64,000 bases of DNA from Nitrospirota bacterium. GTDB taxonomy: Bacteria > Nitrospirota > UBA9217. The stretch lies in NCBI GenBank assembly GCA_035623825.1, contig DASPSR010000024.1:18555-82554 (forward strand), read 5' to 3'. Position 1 is the stretch's first letter. Every line of letters starts with the position of its first letter. The translations under genes and the position numbers were made by a program. Below the pieces are notes generated by a model, which was not told the origin of the DNA, did not search any database, and was given only the letters and a program-made list of their open reading frames with translations. Below are positions 42,676-52,712 of the stretch, piece after piece.

Positions 42676-43863
42676 TCATGGAAGAGCCGAGCTTGACCAT
42701 TTAGGAATAGAAGCATATCCCCGTGCGTCGTGCGAGGGCACGGTCTTAATCTGCGGAAAGCGTGTCACGATTGCACTTAACCGAAGCAAGGACTGTTGAA
42801 ACGCGACAGGGTCCTCACGGATCGTTTTTGCCTCGAACCACGGTCGCCCTTCTCGCTCGAGAAGACCCTCGAGCTGCCAGACTAGGTCGCCAACGAACGC
42901 GTAGCGGGCGCCGCCTGGCAGGGTGACAAACACCACGACAGAACCCGGCGTGTGTCCAGGCGCGGGAACGATCACGATAGAGCCATCACCGTACAGATCG
43001 TCATATTGGTCAAAACCAAGGTAAGGCCCACGACCAAACGTATATTCCTGGTACAGTGCTGTTGTCTTCATGCTCCGGGCAGTTTCGGTCGCCCAGCCGC
43101 CATCGTCGATGAACCGATGCTCTGCCGCTGTCACAAGCACGGGGACACCGGGAAAGTCGGGGACACCACCTACGTGATCCCAGTGTGCGTGGGTAAGAAG
43201 AATGTAACGTAGGTGTTTGCGATCGTACCCTGCGGCATCTAGCTGGTCGGCGGCCGCCTGCAATTGCACCAGATCGGTTCCGAGTCGAAACAAGAACGGC
43301 ATCTTTCTAAGCCGCGACGCGCTAGTTCTGCCAAGACCCGTGTCGATCAGTACGTCGCCCTCAGGATGCCGTATGACAACCGCTGTCATCACGGAGTCGC
43401 GCTTTTCCCAAGGCGAGCCACCACGGTAGGCGAAAGCGGCAGTGCGGTAAATCACCCCGGTCGGGAGCGCGTAGATCGTCATGGCGGCGGGTGGCGATGC
43501 TGGCGGCAACGAGTCGGTCAGAGGCGGGGGCGCTGGGAGCGGCGAGGCCGCGTATCCGCCAACGAAGATCAAGAATGCAATCTGGGTCATCAGAGCAAGG
43601 CCCCCGCTGATCCAATCGCCACGCACGATGATCCAGCCATCGCATACGAGGAGGGCCACCGCGAGCGCTATGCCACTTGCCAAAAAGAGCTTGGACGGCC
43701 GGCCAATATATAACGCAGTCAGCAGGCCGAGCAGGGCCGGTCCCAGAACAAGAAAGAGACGCAGGAATGCTACACTCGTAATTGGGGCGAATCCTTCCTG
43801 GCCGGTGCTGCATGCAGTCATCACCCCACTGAGGAGACAGACCGCAAAGGATTTCAACGTCAT
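42676..43863 (-). CDS. Metallo-beta-lactamase-fold hydrolase (N-acyl homoserine lactonase-like) with N-terminal membrane segments
   Basis: LIDTG, THAHWDH, DLYGDGS, PGHTPG, GD, PSHD; start uncertain (ORF extends to 43959). Confidence 0.85.
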   Translation of the reverse strand: MTLKSFAVCLLSGVMTACSTGQEGFAPITSVAFLRLFLVLGPALLGLLTALYIGRPSKLFLASGIALAVALLVCDGWIIVRGDWISGGLALMTQIAFLIFVGGYAASPLPAPPPLTDSLPPASPPAAMTIYALPTGVIYRTAAFAYRGGSPWEKRDSVMTAVVIRHPEGDVLIDTGLGRTSASRLRKMPFLFRLGTDLVQLQAAADQLDAAGYDRKHLRYILLTHAHWDHVGGVPDFPGVPVLVTAAEHRFIDDGGWATETARSMKTTALYQEYTFGRGPYLGFDQYDDLYGDGSIVIVPAPGHTPGSVVVFVTLPGGARYAFVGDLVWQLEGLLEREGRPWFEAKTIREDPVAFQQSLLRLSAIVTRFPQIKTVPSHDARGYASIPKWSSSALP

Positions 43864-44068
43864 CTTTGGCAAAGTCGGTAACTTAATGGCGGAGGCAATT
43901 AATATCCGGAAATTCTCATTCGCAAAATTTATCCTTCTCATTTCCGACCACCTTGTCACGAATCGTCGTCATTTTTAGTTCGCCGGCACAAGTCTCATTG
44001 CACGCGGTTAAAAATATAAATGAACAAACCATACGATTCGCTTTACTCTCTCACGGGTCCGCAATCAA

Positions 44069-44176
44069 TAAAAAAGCCGAGCACGCCAGATGGTCATCCT
44101 TCGGCGGCTCGGCTGTCGTAAAATTTGACCCGTGGCTTTCCGTCTCATTCTTGTGAACGAGTTGGCTTTATCGGGA
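44069..44176 (-). ncRNA. c-di-GMP-I (GEMM) riboswitch with overlapping terminator
   Basis: Minus strand CCGATAAAGCCAA-CTCGTTC ACAA GAATGAG-ACGGAAAGCCACGGGTC...GACAGCCGAGCCGCCGAAG, followed by GCCGAGC...GCTCGGC-TTTTT. Confidence 0.8.
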
Positions 44177-44459
44177 CATTTTAGGATACTTTAGATCCTG
44201 TTTCTAATTTATTGATAGCACCACTATGAATGCAAGTCAATAGTGGGCTGAATAATTTTTGAAGATAGCCAGGTTCGCATTGCATGCTTTTAGGGCATTC
44301 TTTCAAATGGATTGGGAAGTATAAGGGTATTTTAAGGATATTTGTAAATCGTTTATGAAGGATTACTTGTCGATAACTATTAGATGAACTATTGATTGTT
44401 GCAGGTAATGAGAACTCAAATCTTTCTGGATGAAGAGCATCCCCGCTATCCCATGGAAG

Positions 44460-44903
44460 CTATTCTTCCATATACGGTTTCACAAGCGTATCCCATCCCG
44501 CTTCGGAACTACAAATCTTGTCCAGCACATAACAGCTGAACATTGTATTGTTATACTTATCTCTTTTGAACGTGCCAAGCAAATAGCTATCAGTAAAATT
44601 AAAAATTTCTTTTACTGATAAATATCCATATTCGGTATTATTTTCAATATTAAGAATAACTAAACATTTATTTAATCCTACATTATAATGACTTTTTAAA
44701 GATACCCCCGTTGTCTCCTTTATGTCATTATATATAATTTTAAAAAAGTGCTCTGCGTTGCTATGACACCATCCTTGCAATTCATAAATTGGATTACTAT
44801 CAAGTCCGTTATCACCTGCAGTGACATAGTTATCACTGGCTGGAGATACAAAAAAAACCAGAAAAATGGTCAGCCCGATTCGTTTAACAAAAATCTTCTT
44901 CAT
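44460..44903 (-). CDS. AT-rich secreted hypothetical protein
   Basis: Signal-like N-terminus; SHYNVGLNKCLV, four Cys; low GC. Confidence 0.6.
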   Translation of the reverse strand: MKKIFVKRIGLTIFLVFFVSPASDNYVTAGDNGLDSNPIYELQGWCHSNAEHFFKIIYNDIKETTGVSLKSHYNVGLNKCLVILNIENNTEYGYLSVKEIFNFTDSYLLGTFKRDKYNNTMFSCYVLDKICSSEAGWDTLVKPYMEE

Positions 44904-45117
44904 GCTCTGCCCCTGAAAAACGAAAAGCAAGCAGTACGACCGATTATATGATGAGTTTAGAAAGATTTACAAGGGAATTGATGGGGTATTATTGGGGGAT
45001 ATTAACCAATTTTATAACTATAATTTCAGGGCCTATATGATCGATCCTGTCGCTGATGGAATACGGGGTGTAACGTTCATGGTTGCAAATATCTAGAACT
45101 CCAATCTTTCGGGAATT

Positions 45118-46359
45118 TCATTGACGCGACTCTCCCTCGAGCGAATCTGCATGCAAAAGCGCCGGGAACAGCCGCATCCAGACTAGAACGACAAGTAGGG
45201 TCCCGAGACCGCCGATCAAAACCGCAGGCATGGCCCCGAACCACGCCGCGGTCACACCTGATTCGAACTCTCCCAGCTGGTTCGAGGTCCCGATGAACAT
45301 CGAATTCACAGCGCTCACCCGACCCCGCATCTCGTTCGGGGTACCTATCTGAACCAGGGACTGGCGGATGACTACACTGATCATGTCCGAAGCTCCGAGA
45401 ACGACGAGCGAGACGAGCGAGAGAACAAACGAAGTGGAGACGGCGAATATGATCGTCCCCAGACCGAACACCGAAACCGCACCGAACATGAGCCGTCCAA
45501 CCCTTCTCCGGAGCGGACGCCGAGCAAAATAGAACGTCATTGCTAGTGCCCCGGTCGAGGGTGCCGAACGGAGCAGTCCCAAGCCCCAGGGACCGGTCAT
45601 CAGTATGTCGCGCGCGTATATCGGAAGAAGCGCTGTGGCCCCCCCGAGGAGAACAGCGAAGAGATCGAGCGAAATCGCCCCAAGGATTTGTGGACGGCTC
45701 CAGATGAAAGAGATGCCCGCGAAAACAGAGCGCAGCGTGGCAGGCTCGCGTTTCCTGGGAGCTTCCTCGGTCCCTGCCGTGCCGATAACGGCGCCGCCCA
45801 ACAGGAAAAGGACAGCCGCCGAAGTGTAGACGGTCCCCGGCCCGGCCGCGTAGAGAAATCCGCCGAGAGCCGGCCCCAGGATCGAAGCTGACTGGAACGC
45901 CGAAGCCGACCACGTTACAGCGGACGAAATGAGACGAGCAGGTACGAGACCGGGCACGAGTGCCTGCATCGTCGGCCCCTCGAAAGCTCGCATCGCGCCG
46001 ACCGCGAATACGATACAGAGCAGCGATTCCTTACCGAGCCATCCGCCGTAGCTTCCAGCGGCAAGGGCGGCAGCGGCAATACCCTCGGCAATCTGGCAGA
46101 CTCGTGCGATTGTGCGGCGATTGTGACGGTCTGCCACGTGACCGGCAGGGATCGTCAGCAGAAACATGGGCAGAAACTGAGCGAGGCCGACGAGGCCGAG
46201 GTACCATGCGCTTCCCGTCAGAGCGTAAATCTGCCAGCCGACCGCAACCCCCACCATCTGAAATGCGAGTGAACTGCACAGCCGGGAAACCAAAAAAAGA
46301 GCGAGCGGCTTGTGCCTGAGGAGCGAACGGTCGCCTGGAATATTAGTCGGAGTGGACAT
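45118..46359 (-). CDS. MFS transporter (MFS_3/EntS-like)
   Basis: About 12 TM helices; AGHVADRHNRR, SLDLFAVLLGGA, MRGRVSAVNSMFIGTSNQLGEFESG. Confidence 0.92.
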   Translation of the reverse strand: MSTPTNIPGDRSLLRHKPLALFLVSRLCSSLAFQMVGVAVGWQIYALTGSAWYLGLVGLAQFLPMFLLTIPAGHVADRHNRRTIARVCQIAEGIAAAALAAGSYGGWLGKESLLCIVFAVGAMRAFEGPTMQALVPGLVPARLISSAVTWSASAFQSASILGPALGGFLYAAGPGTVYTSAAVLFLLGGAVIGTAGTEEAPRKREPATLRSVFAGISFIWSRPQILGAISLDLFAVLLGGATALLPIYARDILMTGPWGLGLLRSAPSTGALAMTFYFARRPLRRRVGRLMFGAVSVFGLGTIIFAVSTSFVLSLVSLVVLGASDMISVVIRQSLVQIGTPNEMRGRVSAVNSMFIGTSNQLGEFESGVTAAWFGAMPAVLIGGLGTLLVVLVWMRLFPALLHADSLEGESRQ

Positions 46360-46518
46360 AAAAGATTTGGGTTTTCACTTCGATGGTCATGCGGTCATAT
46401 ATAAATTGCATGTTAGAAGTTTACGATGATTTTATCCTTTTCGCTTTTTTAGCACATCTTTAGCGCACCAAATTTTTACACGATATTATCAACGTATTAT
46501 GTGTCCCTGACCATAGGG

Positions 46519-47547
46519 TTATGACTCTATTCCCAACCATTCATTGAAAGATTTAAACGCGCTCTCGTTCATAACAATGCTGTTTGCTTTAAGTGGAATC
46601 AACCCGGAGTCAATTCGAATCTTTATGTCACCGCCCATCAGATGCTCAACGCTATTATGAAATTGGGGGACAGCAATAATCCGTCGATTATACTCATAAT
46701 AGTCAATTAAGTTATCATGCAGACAGCATGCTTTATCGGGCAAAAGCCAAACGGTGTAAGCCCCTCCGTGCCTCATACCCGGCAATATCGATCGCAATAA
46801 GGAGTTTGGAATGGATATTTTAAACCTTCCAGCATTTGGTTGTTCCGGACTTCGAGTCATTTCCTGCAGTTTTGCCAAGGCGCTGGTTTTTATTTCTTTA
46901 TCAATTTGTCCTGGTTGAAGACCCAATTTCCAAAAACCACAAATTTTCAATAGACCCCAGATGCACTGGATAAGCCCGAGTATTTTCCAAATGTTGATAC
47001 CCTTTTCAGTGAGTTCATAGCCAGCCAGCCGAATAATGTTGGCCACTGCCATATTGCATTCTATGTTCCAGAGACCCGCTGCGACAAGCATGATTCCATT
47101 CAGGTAGCCGGCCAAAACGCTTTTCGTAACATATCCCAACGCGCCAAACGTAAGCATGCCTAAAGCGATTGCGCAACCGACATAAAGAAAAAAGATTGAG
47201 GCTTCAGACAGGGCATCAATTCTTCTAAGTAGTTCGATTACTTTTGCGTATGTGATAAACCACACTATGAAATTGATCAATCCCCATATAATTAACGATT
47301 CGCTTGCAGCGGGAATAGATTTATCCCTCAATATGGCTGTTATGACGCTTTTTTCCGGAAGTTCTTTTGCGTTTTGAATATAATCTGGGTTAATTAAACG
47401 GTCGTGATCAAGACCGACGACCGCACTACGCCTCTTTCCCCTGGCATTTACAGCCATAATAAGGGTGGCACAGAGAGCTATGATGACGAGAACAAGGCAG
47501 AATACCAGCAAAATGCTGTCTCCTATCATAATCAGGAATAATACCAA
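46519..47547 (-). CDS. Hypothetical membrane protein
   Basis: 342-aa ORF, several TM segments, low GC; start uncertain. Confidence 0.55.
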   Translation of the reverse strand: MVLFLIMIGDSILLVFCLVLVIIALCATLIMAVNARGKRRSAVVGLDHDRLINPDYIQNAKELPEKSVITAILRDKSIPAASESLIIWGLINFIVWFITYAKVIELLRRIDALSEASIFFLYVGCAIALGMLTFGALGYVTKSVLAGYLNGIMLVAAGLWNIECNMAVANIIRLAGYELTEKGINIWKILGLIQCIWGLLKICGFWKLGLQPGQIDKEIKTSALAKLQEMTRSPEQPNAGRFKISIPNSLLRSILPGMRHGGAYTVWLLPDKACCLHDNLIDYYEYNRRIIAVPQFHNSVEHLMGGDIKIRIDSGLIPLKANSIVMNESAFKSFNEWLGIES

Positions 47548-47917
47548 ATAATAAATAAGATAAAGAAATGTTTCATTATATTCTCATAACCTGACTCATT
47601 AGCATTATGATAGCACGGTTGTATGTTGCCAGACCTTTTTAGACACATTTTTTGAAAAACTTTGCACTCTAGAGCTGACCTGATCTCTTGTTGATGTCCT
47701 AGCTAGCACGATAAACGTCTCCAAATTATTCAGGGCAAGCTGGCGGAGTCCCAACTGTTCGAGATTAAAGCGATTCTCTGAAGCATTATATCCTATTCGG
47801 CTTGAGCAGCAAGGCTATTCCTACCATTGTAAATTCTATTTACATCAATACTTTAATTCTGATAGACTGCAAATGACCTCATAATCTAATACCATCTCCC
47901 CAAGGAGAAATACGCCC

Positions 47918-50900
47918 ATGCAACAGAGAGGCCTTCGTCTGTTCTTTATCGTATTTACCGCATCGGGCTTTGCTGGCCTCATCTATGAATCCATTTGGAC
48001 CCACTATCTAAAGCTGTTCCTGGGCCATGCCGCCTATGCTCAAGCTCTTGTCCTTGCTGTGTTCATGGGAGGCATGGCAATAGGTTCCCTACTCTGCTCA
48101 AGATATTCAGCTCGTCTGGGCAATTTGTTGATCGGCTATGCCGTCGTCGAAGTGATCATCGGCATCTGTGCGATTGTCTTCCATCCTCTTTATGCCCAAT
48201 TCATCGATTTTGCGTATACGACGCTCATACCGGAACTGGGCTCCCCTCTCGCGGTAGCAATTTTCAAATGGACCGCGGCAAGCCTTTTAATTCTACCCCA
48301 GTCCATTTTGCTCGGCATGACGTTCCCCCTCATGACCGCCGGCCTCATACGGAGAATGCCGCAGCTTCCTGGTTCCATCGTGTCGATGCTCTATTTTACT
48401 AACAGCATAGGCGCAGCAATTGGAGTCTTGGCAGCAGGGTTTCTCTTCATCGGATGGGTCGGTCTGCCGGGAACGCTGGTCATTGCAGGATTAATCAACA
48501 TCGGTGTGGCCGTGGTCGTTTGGCTTGAGGATAAGAAAGGCCGAGCCTATCAACCGGAAATCCGTCCTGCCATAGGCATCTCTCCATTAAACACCACGTC
48601 CCGGTTAATTTATACTATTTTTCTTCTCATCGCCCTGCTGACGGGACTCTCCTCGTTCATTTATGAGATCGGATGGATCAGGATGCTCAGCCTCGTACTG
48701 GGCTCTTCTACCCATGCCTTCGAGCTTATGCTGAGCGCATTCATCACGGGCATCGCCTTCGGCGGTTTATGGATCAAACGGCGTATCGATTCCCTCGATG
48801 ACCCACGGCACTTTCTCGCGCTGGTGCAGGTTGCGATGGGGATGCTGGCCCTCGCAACCCTTCCCGTTTACGGCGGCACCTTCAACGTCATGGCATGGCT
48901 GATAAGAAACCTTCCAAGATCGGACACGGGCTATGTGCTCTTCAATGTCTCGAGCCATGCCATAGCAATGGTCATCATGCTGCCGGCCGCTTTCTGTGCA
49001 GGCATGACTCTTCCCCTCATTACCACGACACTCCTTCGCAGCGGGACGGATGAACGAAGCATTGGCGCAGTCTATGGATTCAACACGATCGGATCCATTC
49101 TTGGCGTCTTTATCGCCATCCACTTGGCAATGCCTCTGCTTGGCCTCAAAGGCATGATCATCCTTGGAGCCGGTGTCGACATTGCGCTTGGGCTTGGGCT
49201 GGCATGGTGGGTGATCCCCTCCTGGCGTATCCCCATGGCGTATACGACCATGGGAGTCATTGCTCTGCTGCTCCCGATGTTCCTGGTGAAGCTCGATCCC
49301 GGCAAAATGGCCTCAGGTGTTTACCGATTTGGGTTGTTGCCCGAAAAGACCACGAGAGAGGAGATCGTCTTTCAACGAGACGGGAAAACAGCCACGGTAG
49401 TGACCACAAGGATAGAGCAATACATGTCGATCAAAACCAACGGAAAATCTGATGCAATGATCCAGTTAACCGGGAGCGGCCACTTGGGGGATGAGGAGAC
49501 CATGGTACTGTTAGGTGCTATTGGTATTGTTCTTCGGCCTGAAGCCAGGACAGCGGCAATTATTGGATGGGGCTCAGGGCTAACCACCCACACCCTGTTG
49601 ACAGACCCGCGCATCGACAGCGTTGATACCATTGAGATCGAACCGGAGATGATTAAGGGAGCAACCTTCTTTGGTTCGCGTGTACGGCTGGCATATGAGG
49701 ACCCCCGCAGCCACGCAAGGATTGAAGATGCGAAGGCCTATTTCTCATTCTATAACAAAAAATATGATCTTATCATCTCCGAGCCTTCCAATCCCTGGGT
49801 CAGCGGTGTGGCAAGCCTTTTTACAAAAGAGTTTTACTCTCGCGTACGGGGATACTTAAATGAAAACGGCCTGTTCATTCAATGGCTCCAACTCTATTCC
49901 ATTGACATGCCTCTTGTTGCTTCAATCATGAAAGCACTTTCGCCTTATTTTTCCGATTATATCATCTACGCTACAAATTCTACCGACATGCTCGTTGTTG
50001 CGTGTCCCGCAGGGAACATACAAGGGCCGGATGCTTCCTTCTTAACCATGAAGAACCTTATGAATGAACTGAATAAAATTGATATCATGGGCCTCCCGGA
50101 TATTAATGTTCGGGTGATAGGGAATAAAGCGACGCTCTCTCCGCTTTTTGAAAGTTACCGTATAGCGGCCAATTCGGATTACGAGCCTATTGTGGATCTT
50201 TATGCTGTAAAAAGCCGTTTTTTCGTATCGAAGGCTAATGATGCGTTTAATAGTACCAAGTTTGATCGACTCCCTTTTTTAGAAATGCTCGGGAAGTACC
50301 ATGTAAATCTCAATACAGCTAACGTGACATATTCAGCCTATCCGAAATCATTCAGGATTCATTTTGCAAACATGCTTTATCAGTACCTTTTAAAGGGCCA
50401 GATGCAATGGAACCATCCAGAAGCGCCGCTGCGCGACGAGAGCCGGACGACCATTATCCATGCCAAACAGGTCCTCATGCAAGCGTGTACGGAAGAAATC
50501 ATGGAATCAGAATGGTGGCAAGCAATGCTTCATATCATCGCAAATTTCGCCCCCTACTGGTCACCCGAACAGCTAGCCAGCCTTTTGCGTAACATCGAAA
50601 CCTCACCCTGCGCAAAGCGCTTTTCTGTCTCCCAACATGATTTTATTGCTCTGATCAAAGCAGTGGTGGAAAAAGACCCCGCACGCATGGTCACGTACTC
50701 AAAAAAACTGTTGGAGCAGATGGGGAATAATGTACTCGATGCAGACCTTTTAGAATACATATTATCCGCAGGCATACTGGGAGATTTGGCGGCAGGCAAC
50801 GTAGAGGAAGCAGATCTTTTGTGGAAAACATACGGCCCTCTTTTGCCAGAAAAAAATGCACAATCACTAACAGTGCGAATCTTGGTGGCATGCCTCTCTT

Positions 50901-50941
50901 CGGGTGGGCAAGCATCGCCAGCCATGGGTCATCAACCGTAA
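47918..50941 (+). CDS. Fused MFS-like membrane domain / spermidine synthase-like methyltransferase
   Basis: SGFAGLIYESIW, LGMTFP, IGWGSGLT, IEIEPEM, YDLIISEPSNPWVSGVASLFT.EFY. Confidence 0.9.
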   Translation: MQQRGLRLFFIVFTASGFAGLIYESIWTHYLKLFLGHAAYAQALVLAVFMGGMAIGSLLCSRYSARLGNLLIGYAVVEVIIGICAIVFHPLYAQFIDFAYTTLIPELGSPLAVAIFKWTAASLLILPQSILLGMTFPLMTAGLIRRMPQLPGSIVSMLYFTNSIGAAIGVLAAGFLFIGWVGLPGTLVIAGLINIGVAVVVWLEDKKGRAYQPEIRPAIGISPLNTTSRLIYTIFLLIALLTGLSSFIYEIGWIRMLSLVLGSSTHAFELMLSAFITGIAFGGLWIKRRIDSLDDPRHFLALVQVAMGMLALATLPVYGGTFNVMAWLIRNLPRSDTGYVLFNVSSHAIAMVIMLPAAFCAGMTLPLITTTLLRSGTDERSIGAVYGFNTIGSILGVFIAIHLAMPLLGLKGMIILGAGVDIALGLGLAWWVIPSWRIPMAYTTMGVIALLLPMFLVKLDPGKMASGVYRFGLLPEKTTREEIVFQRDGKTATVVTTRIEQYMSIKTNGKSDAMIQLTGSGHLGDEETMVLLGAIGIVLRPEARTAAIIGWGSGLTTHTLLTDPRIDSVDTIEIEPEMIKGATFFGSRVRLAYEDPRSHARIEDAKAYFSFYNKKYDLIISEPSNPWVSGVASLFTKEFYSRVRGYLNENGLFIQWLQLYSIDMPLVASIMKALSPYFSDYIIYATNSTDMLVVACPAGNIQGPDASFLTMKNLMNELNKIDIMGLPDINVRVIGNKATLSPLFESYRIAANSDYEPIVDLYAVKSRFFVSKANDAFNSTKFDRLPFLEMLGKYHVNLNTANVTYSAYPKSFRIHFANMLYQYLLKGQMQWNHPEAPLRDESRTTIIHAKQVLMQACTEEIMESEWWQAMLHIIANFAPYWSPEQLASLLRNIETSPCAKRFSVSQHDFIALIKAVVEKDPARMVTYSKKLLEQMGNNVLDADLLEYILSAGILGDLAAGNVEEADLLWKTYGPLLPEKNAQSLTVRILVACLSSGGQASPAMGHQP

Positions 50942-50954
50942 TTGCTTGATAAGC

Positions 50955-50996
50955 TTGGCAACAGCGAGAGGATTCGGACCCATGACCTTCGGGTTG
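50955..50996 (-). repeat. Degenerate 3' fragment of tRNA-fMet (att-like relic)
   Basis: TTGGCAACAGCGAGAGGATTCGGACCCATGACCTTCGGGTT aligns with the copy at 51166. Confidence 0.6.
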
Positions 50997-51120
50997 TTAG
51001 ATGACTTTGGGGCCTTCTACCACAGCCCGAAGCCTTTCCGCCACTCTTTCATCTATCAGATTTCTTGTAATAAAAAGAAATCGGTATCTCCTGCTCACCT
51101 TCCAACAGTTTAACAGGGGG

Positions 51121-51157
51121 ATAAAAAAAGGGCTACAGCAGACTGCTGTAACCCTTA
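51121..51157 (-). terminator. Intrinsic terminator following the tRNA 3' fragment
   Basis: Minus strand AAGGGTTACAGCAG TCTGCTGTAGCCCT TTTTTT, just after ...CCCGCTACCA. Confidence 0.8.
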
Positions 51158-51165
51158 GAATTGTT

Positions 51166-51215
51166 TGGTAGCGGGGAGAGGATTTGAACCTCTGACCTTC
51201 GGGTTATAGATCCGA
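51166..51215 (-). repeat. 3' half of initiator tRNA-Met (anticodon stem to CCA); attR-like displaced fragment, not a full tRNA
   Basis: Minus strand TCGGATCTATAACCCGAAGGTCAGAGGTTCAAATCCTCTCCCCGCTACCA: T-loop GGTTCAAATCC and CCA end present; D-arm and 5' acceptor absent. Confidence 0.85.
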
Positions 51216-51254
51216 ATATCTTTTTTAGTTATTGAGCGATTTCAGTTTGTCCGG

Positions 51255-51285
51255 ATGACCTTCGGACCTTTTACCCGAAGGTCAT
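51255..51285. repeat. Palindromic recombination-site-like element
   Basis: A-TGACCTTCGGA-CCTTTTA-CCCGAAGGTCA-T. Confidence 0.8.
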
Positions 51286-51381
51286 AGCAGACGAAAGGCG
51301 TAATTTCTTCTTCAGAAAATGAACCCACCTGACATTTGCGCTTCCAGAGGCCTTTGTTGCTGAGAACGCGGTGCCGTTTAA

Positions 51382-51672
51382 CTATTTGTCAGTGAGCACT
51401 TCAAACCCTTTGAGATAATCCTCATACTCAATGGGTGACTCTATTCCCAACTCGGCCAGCAAATCGATTGTCTCGCCGACTGATAGATCCAGGGTCTTTG
51501 CCAGGCCTTCCAAGGATAGTTTCCCATCCCGATACTGTTTGAGCATTCGAAACTGCCAGCCCTGCTGAATAAGCTCCCGAGCAACCGCAGATCGTCCCTT
51601 ATTCTCTTGGATTGAAAGGTCATCAATGCGCTTCAGTTCCGAATTCTCAAGCCGCAAGCTAATAACTCCCAT
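51382..51672 (-). CDS. UPF0175-like antitoxin (RHH/HTH)
   Basis: ISLRL..SAVARELI, YRDGKLSLEGLAKTL; paired with a PIN gene. Confidence 0.75.
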   Translation of the reverse strand: MGVISLRLENSELKRIDDLSIQENKGRSAVARELIQQGWQFRMLKQYRDGKLSLEGLAKTLDLSVGETIDLLAELGIESPIEYEDYLKGFEVLTDK

Positions 51673-51674
51673 GT

Positions 51675-52172
51675 TTATTTCCTCCCCTCCTCCAAACGCT
51701 TCATCGCGTCCTCTATGATCCGCTTGTTGTATCTGCCGTACTGAACCAGCTTCGTTAGTTTTTCCTGCGCCAATGCCGATGATAGCTTATTCCGAGATGC
51801 CATATAAAACAAAAAGTGTATTGCCGTCAGAAACCGAAGCCCCAGCACCTTGCTTGCTCTTATGCTCGGACCGTCGTCGATGGCTATCGTATAATGATAT
51901 TTCCTAGATAACCACAAGGCCTCTGCTTCTCCCTTTTGAATGCGAAAATCCACTTGGAGTTTCTTGACCGCTTTTACCTCATCTGCCTTTTGGACGCTAA
52001 TCTTACGCTCTTTAATAAGAATAGAAATCAGTTCGGCGTCTGCCGTCTTCTTAACAAGTGCCTCTCTCTTCACCTCTTCTGGGACAATTATTTCGAACTC
52101 ATCCGATGCTTCACGAAGTAAGTTTACTTTTGCAAGCAATATAAGCGTTGAAGAGCCAAAGACGACTTTCAT
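51675..52172 (-). CDS. PIN-domain (DUF3368-like) toxin
   Basis: MKVVFGSSTLILLAK, IIVPEEVKRE, GEAEAL, IAIDD. Confidence 0.8.
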   Translation of the reverse strand: MKVVFGSSTLILLAKVNLLREASDEFEIIVPEEVKREALVKKTADAELISILIKERKISVQKADEVKAVKKLQVDFRIQKGEAEALWLSRKYHYTIAIDDGPSIRASKVLGLRFLTAIHFLFYMASRNKLSSALAQEKLTKLVQYGRYNKRIIEDAMKRLEEGRK

Positions 52173-52235
52173 GTTTACAAAATACTACATTTGTAAACAA
52201 ATGTCAAGGTTAGCAGAATGGCCGATGGGTAAATT

Positions 52236-52315
52236 TGGTAGCGGGAAGAGGATTTGAACCTCTGATCTTCATTATGACAACCAATTGCTAATGCCTTCGG
52301 TCTTCCTACCCGATC
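52236..52315 (-). repeat. Another tRNA-fMet 3' fragment plus degenerate palindrome
   Basis: TGGTAGCGGGAAGAGGATTTGAACCTCTGATCTTC (52236-52270), then ATGCCTTCGGTCTTCCTACCCGA. Confidence 0.75.
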
Positions 52316-52677
52316 CTTCAGGCGTTTTAGACTTTCTTGAAACTCCGGTAGATCTGCCCAAATTGTTAGCTTGGTTGGATGAGTGCGAAAAGCAGGTGGA
52401 TCTGTCGCAGCCTTTAGCAACCAGAAGAAAGGAAAAGCGGCATGTAACTCATTATGATGTGCGATGTCTGTTTGTCAGTACTAGTGAAACCGTGAATGCC
52501 ATAACAGTTGACATCAGCAATTACGGATTCTGCCTCAAGCTTGTAGTTCCGCCGAGGGCAAATGAAACAATACATATCAGTACGACGCATGCTATTATAG
52601 CGTGCCATAACGCATTGGTTCGGTGGGTGAGCAAAAACCCGGATGGCTCTTACCTGGCAGGATTATCCTGTCAGTAA
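52285..52677 (+). pseudogene. PilZ-domain protein, apparently N-truncated (receiver remnant)
   Basis: RRKEKR and DISNYG PilZ motifs; preceded by GVLDFLETPVDLPKL, resembling a receiver-domain C-terminus; the ORF starts inside a repeat site. Confidence 0.6.
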
Positions 52678-52712
52678 AAATGGCGCGCTATCTCTGTTGT
52701 ATTAGAAGTAAA

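Noticed and set aside
51166-51240. Complete tRNA-Met gene
   Set aside because: Only the anticodon stem to CCA is present; the D-arm and 5' acceptor strand are missing and the anticodon loop is altered, so it is treated as an att relic.
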